From the NCBI RefSeq assembly GCF_044704955.1, contig NC_091985.1, positions 76,322,001 through 76,386,000 on the forward strand: DNA of 64,000 bases, written 5' to 3'. The stretch comes from Pristiophorus japonicus. Its lineage: Eukaryota. Within the stretch, counting starts at the first letter, position 1. Each line of letters begins with the position of its first letter. Both the position numbers and the translations under genes were made by a program. This document shows positions 62,641 to 64,000 of the stretch, in pieces. The notes under the pieces are model-generated. The model made no database searches. It was not told where the DNA came from and was given only the letters and a program-made list of their open reading frames with translations.

Positions 62641-62754
62641 AAAGAGCGTTAACGTAGGTTCTAATTACCAAGACTTTCACTTAAATTCCTATTCCACACA
62701 AAGCACAAATACTCCAGTCCACATGTACACAATAAAGTGAACCGATACCCTATT

Positions 62755-63760
62755 CAACAACACAACAACTTGTATTTATATAGCGCCTTTAACGTAGTGA
62801 AATGTCCCGAGGTGAGACAAAAAAAATTTGACCCTGAGCCACATAAGAAGAAATTAGGGCAGTTGGCCAAAAGCTTGGTCAAAGAGGTAGGTTTTAAGGA
62901 GGAATGAGAGGTAGAGAGGCAAAGAGGTTTAGGCAGGGAATTCCAGAGCTTAGGGCCGAGACAACAGAAGGCACGGCCACCAATGGTTGAGCAATTATAA
63001 TCAGGGATGCTCAAGGTGACAGAATTAGAGGAGCGCAGACATCTCAGGGGGTTGTGGAGCTGGAGGAGATTACAGAGATAGGGAGGGGTGAGGCCATGGA
63101 GGAATTTGAAAACAAGGATGTTAATTTTGAAATCAAGGCATTGCTTAACCAGGAGCCAATGTAGATCAGCGAGCACAAGGGTGATGGGCAAGCGGGACTT
63201 GGTGAGAGTTAGGACAGGGGCAGCCGAGTTTTGGATCACCTCTAGCTTACATAGGGTAGAATGTGGGAGACCAGCTAGGGGTGCATTGGAATAGTCATGT
63301 CTAGAGGTAACAAAGGCATGGATGAGGGCTTCAGCAGTGGATGAGCTGAGGCAAGGGTGGAGACGAGCGATGTTACGGAGGTGGAAATAGGTGGTCTGCG
63401 GAATTATGGTCGAAAGCTCGTTTTGCGTTCAAATATGACACCAAGGTTGCGAACAGTCTGGTGCAGCCTCAGACAGGAGTTGGGGAAAGGATTGGAGTCA
63501 GTTACTAAGGAAAGCAGTTTGTGGTGGGGACCAAAGGCAATGGCTTCAGATTTCCCAATATTCAATTGTAGAAAATTTCTGCTCATCCGGAGCTAGATGT
63601 CAGACAAGCAATCTGACAATTATAGAGACGGTGGAGGGGTCAAGAGATGTGGTAGTAAGTTGCTGGGTGTCATCAGCATACAGCTGGAAACTGACGCTGT
63701 GTTTTTGGATGATCTCGCCAAGGGGCAACATATAGATGAGAAATAGGAGGGGATAAGGGG
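62755..63760 (-). mobile_element. L2 LINE 3' fragment, same family as 6058-7105
   Basis: MSRNFLQLNIGKSE, IQNSAA..PITLVLADLHWL; (ttg)n tail. Confidence 0.85.
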
Positions 63761-64000
63761 TGGGTAGTAATGGTCATGATCGGGAGGGGGGGAAAGGAGT
63801 GGTGGCCGGGGGGTGGGGGAGGAGTAATGATGATGATCGGGGGTTGGGGGGGGAGGAGTGGTGGCCGGGGGGTGGGGGGGGAGTAATGGTGATGATCGGG
63901 GGTTGCGGGGGGAGGAGTGGTGGCTGCGGGGTGGGGGAGGAGTAATAGTGATGATCGGGGGTTGGGGGGGGAGGAGTGGTGGCCGGGGGGTGGGGGGGGG
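63760..64000. repeat. ~58-bp G-rich tandem repeat, runs off window end
   Basis: Unit ~gatgatcgggggttggggggggaggagtggtggccggggggtggggggggagtaatggt. Confidence 0.9.

Overview
Eukaryotic, repeat-dominated window with no intact host gene. It is almost certainly vertebrate and most likely a cartilaginous fish (inference from a shark-type MHC class I tail and the CR1/L2/RTE/Harbinger repertoire). It holds many CR1 LINEs (one with an intact 968-aa ORF2), L2 and RTE LINE fragments, tRNA-derived SINEs, two Ty3/Gypsy (Mag-like) LTR elements with 5-bp TSDs, numerous PIF/Harbinger elements and MITEs, a Tigger-like MITE and G-rich minisatellites, often nested. The main highlights are three. (1) An intronless MHC class I fragment (alpha3-TM-cytoplasmic tail-3'UTR) lies inside a 1.33-kb element with perfect 16-bp terminal inverted repeats; both arms are homologous to a Harbinger-like element at 18.3-19.8 kb, so this is a candidate Pack-type DNA transposon carrying immune-gene cargo. 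(2) A G_TTA_AAC heptamer sits at the ORF1 end of three CR1 copies, with the -1 frame open into ORF2 and no conserved ORF2 ATG, suggesting programmed -1 ribosomal frameshifting. (3) A 234-bp insertion with a 16-bp TSD interrupts a Harbinger transposase. All calls are by-eye; family names are not database-verified.
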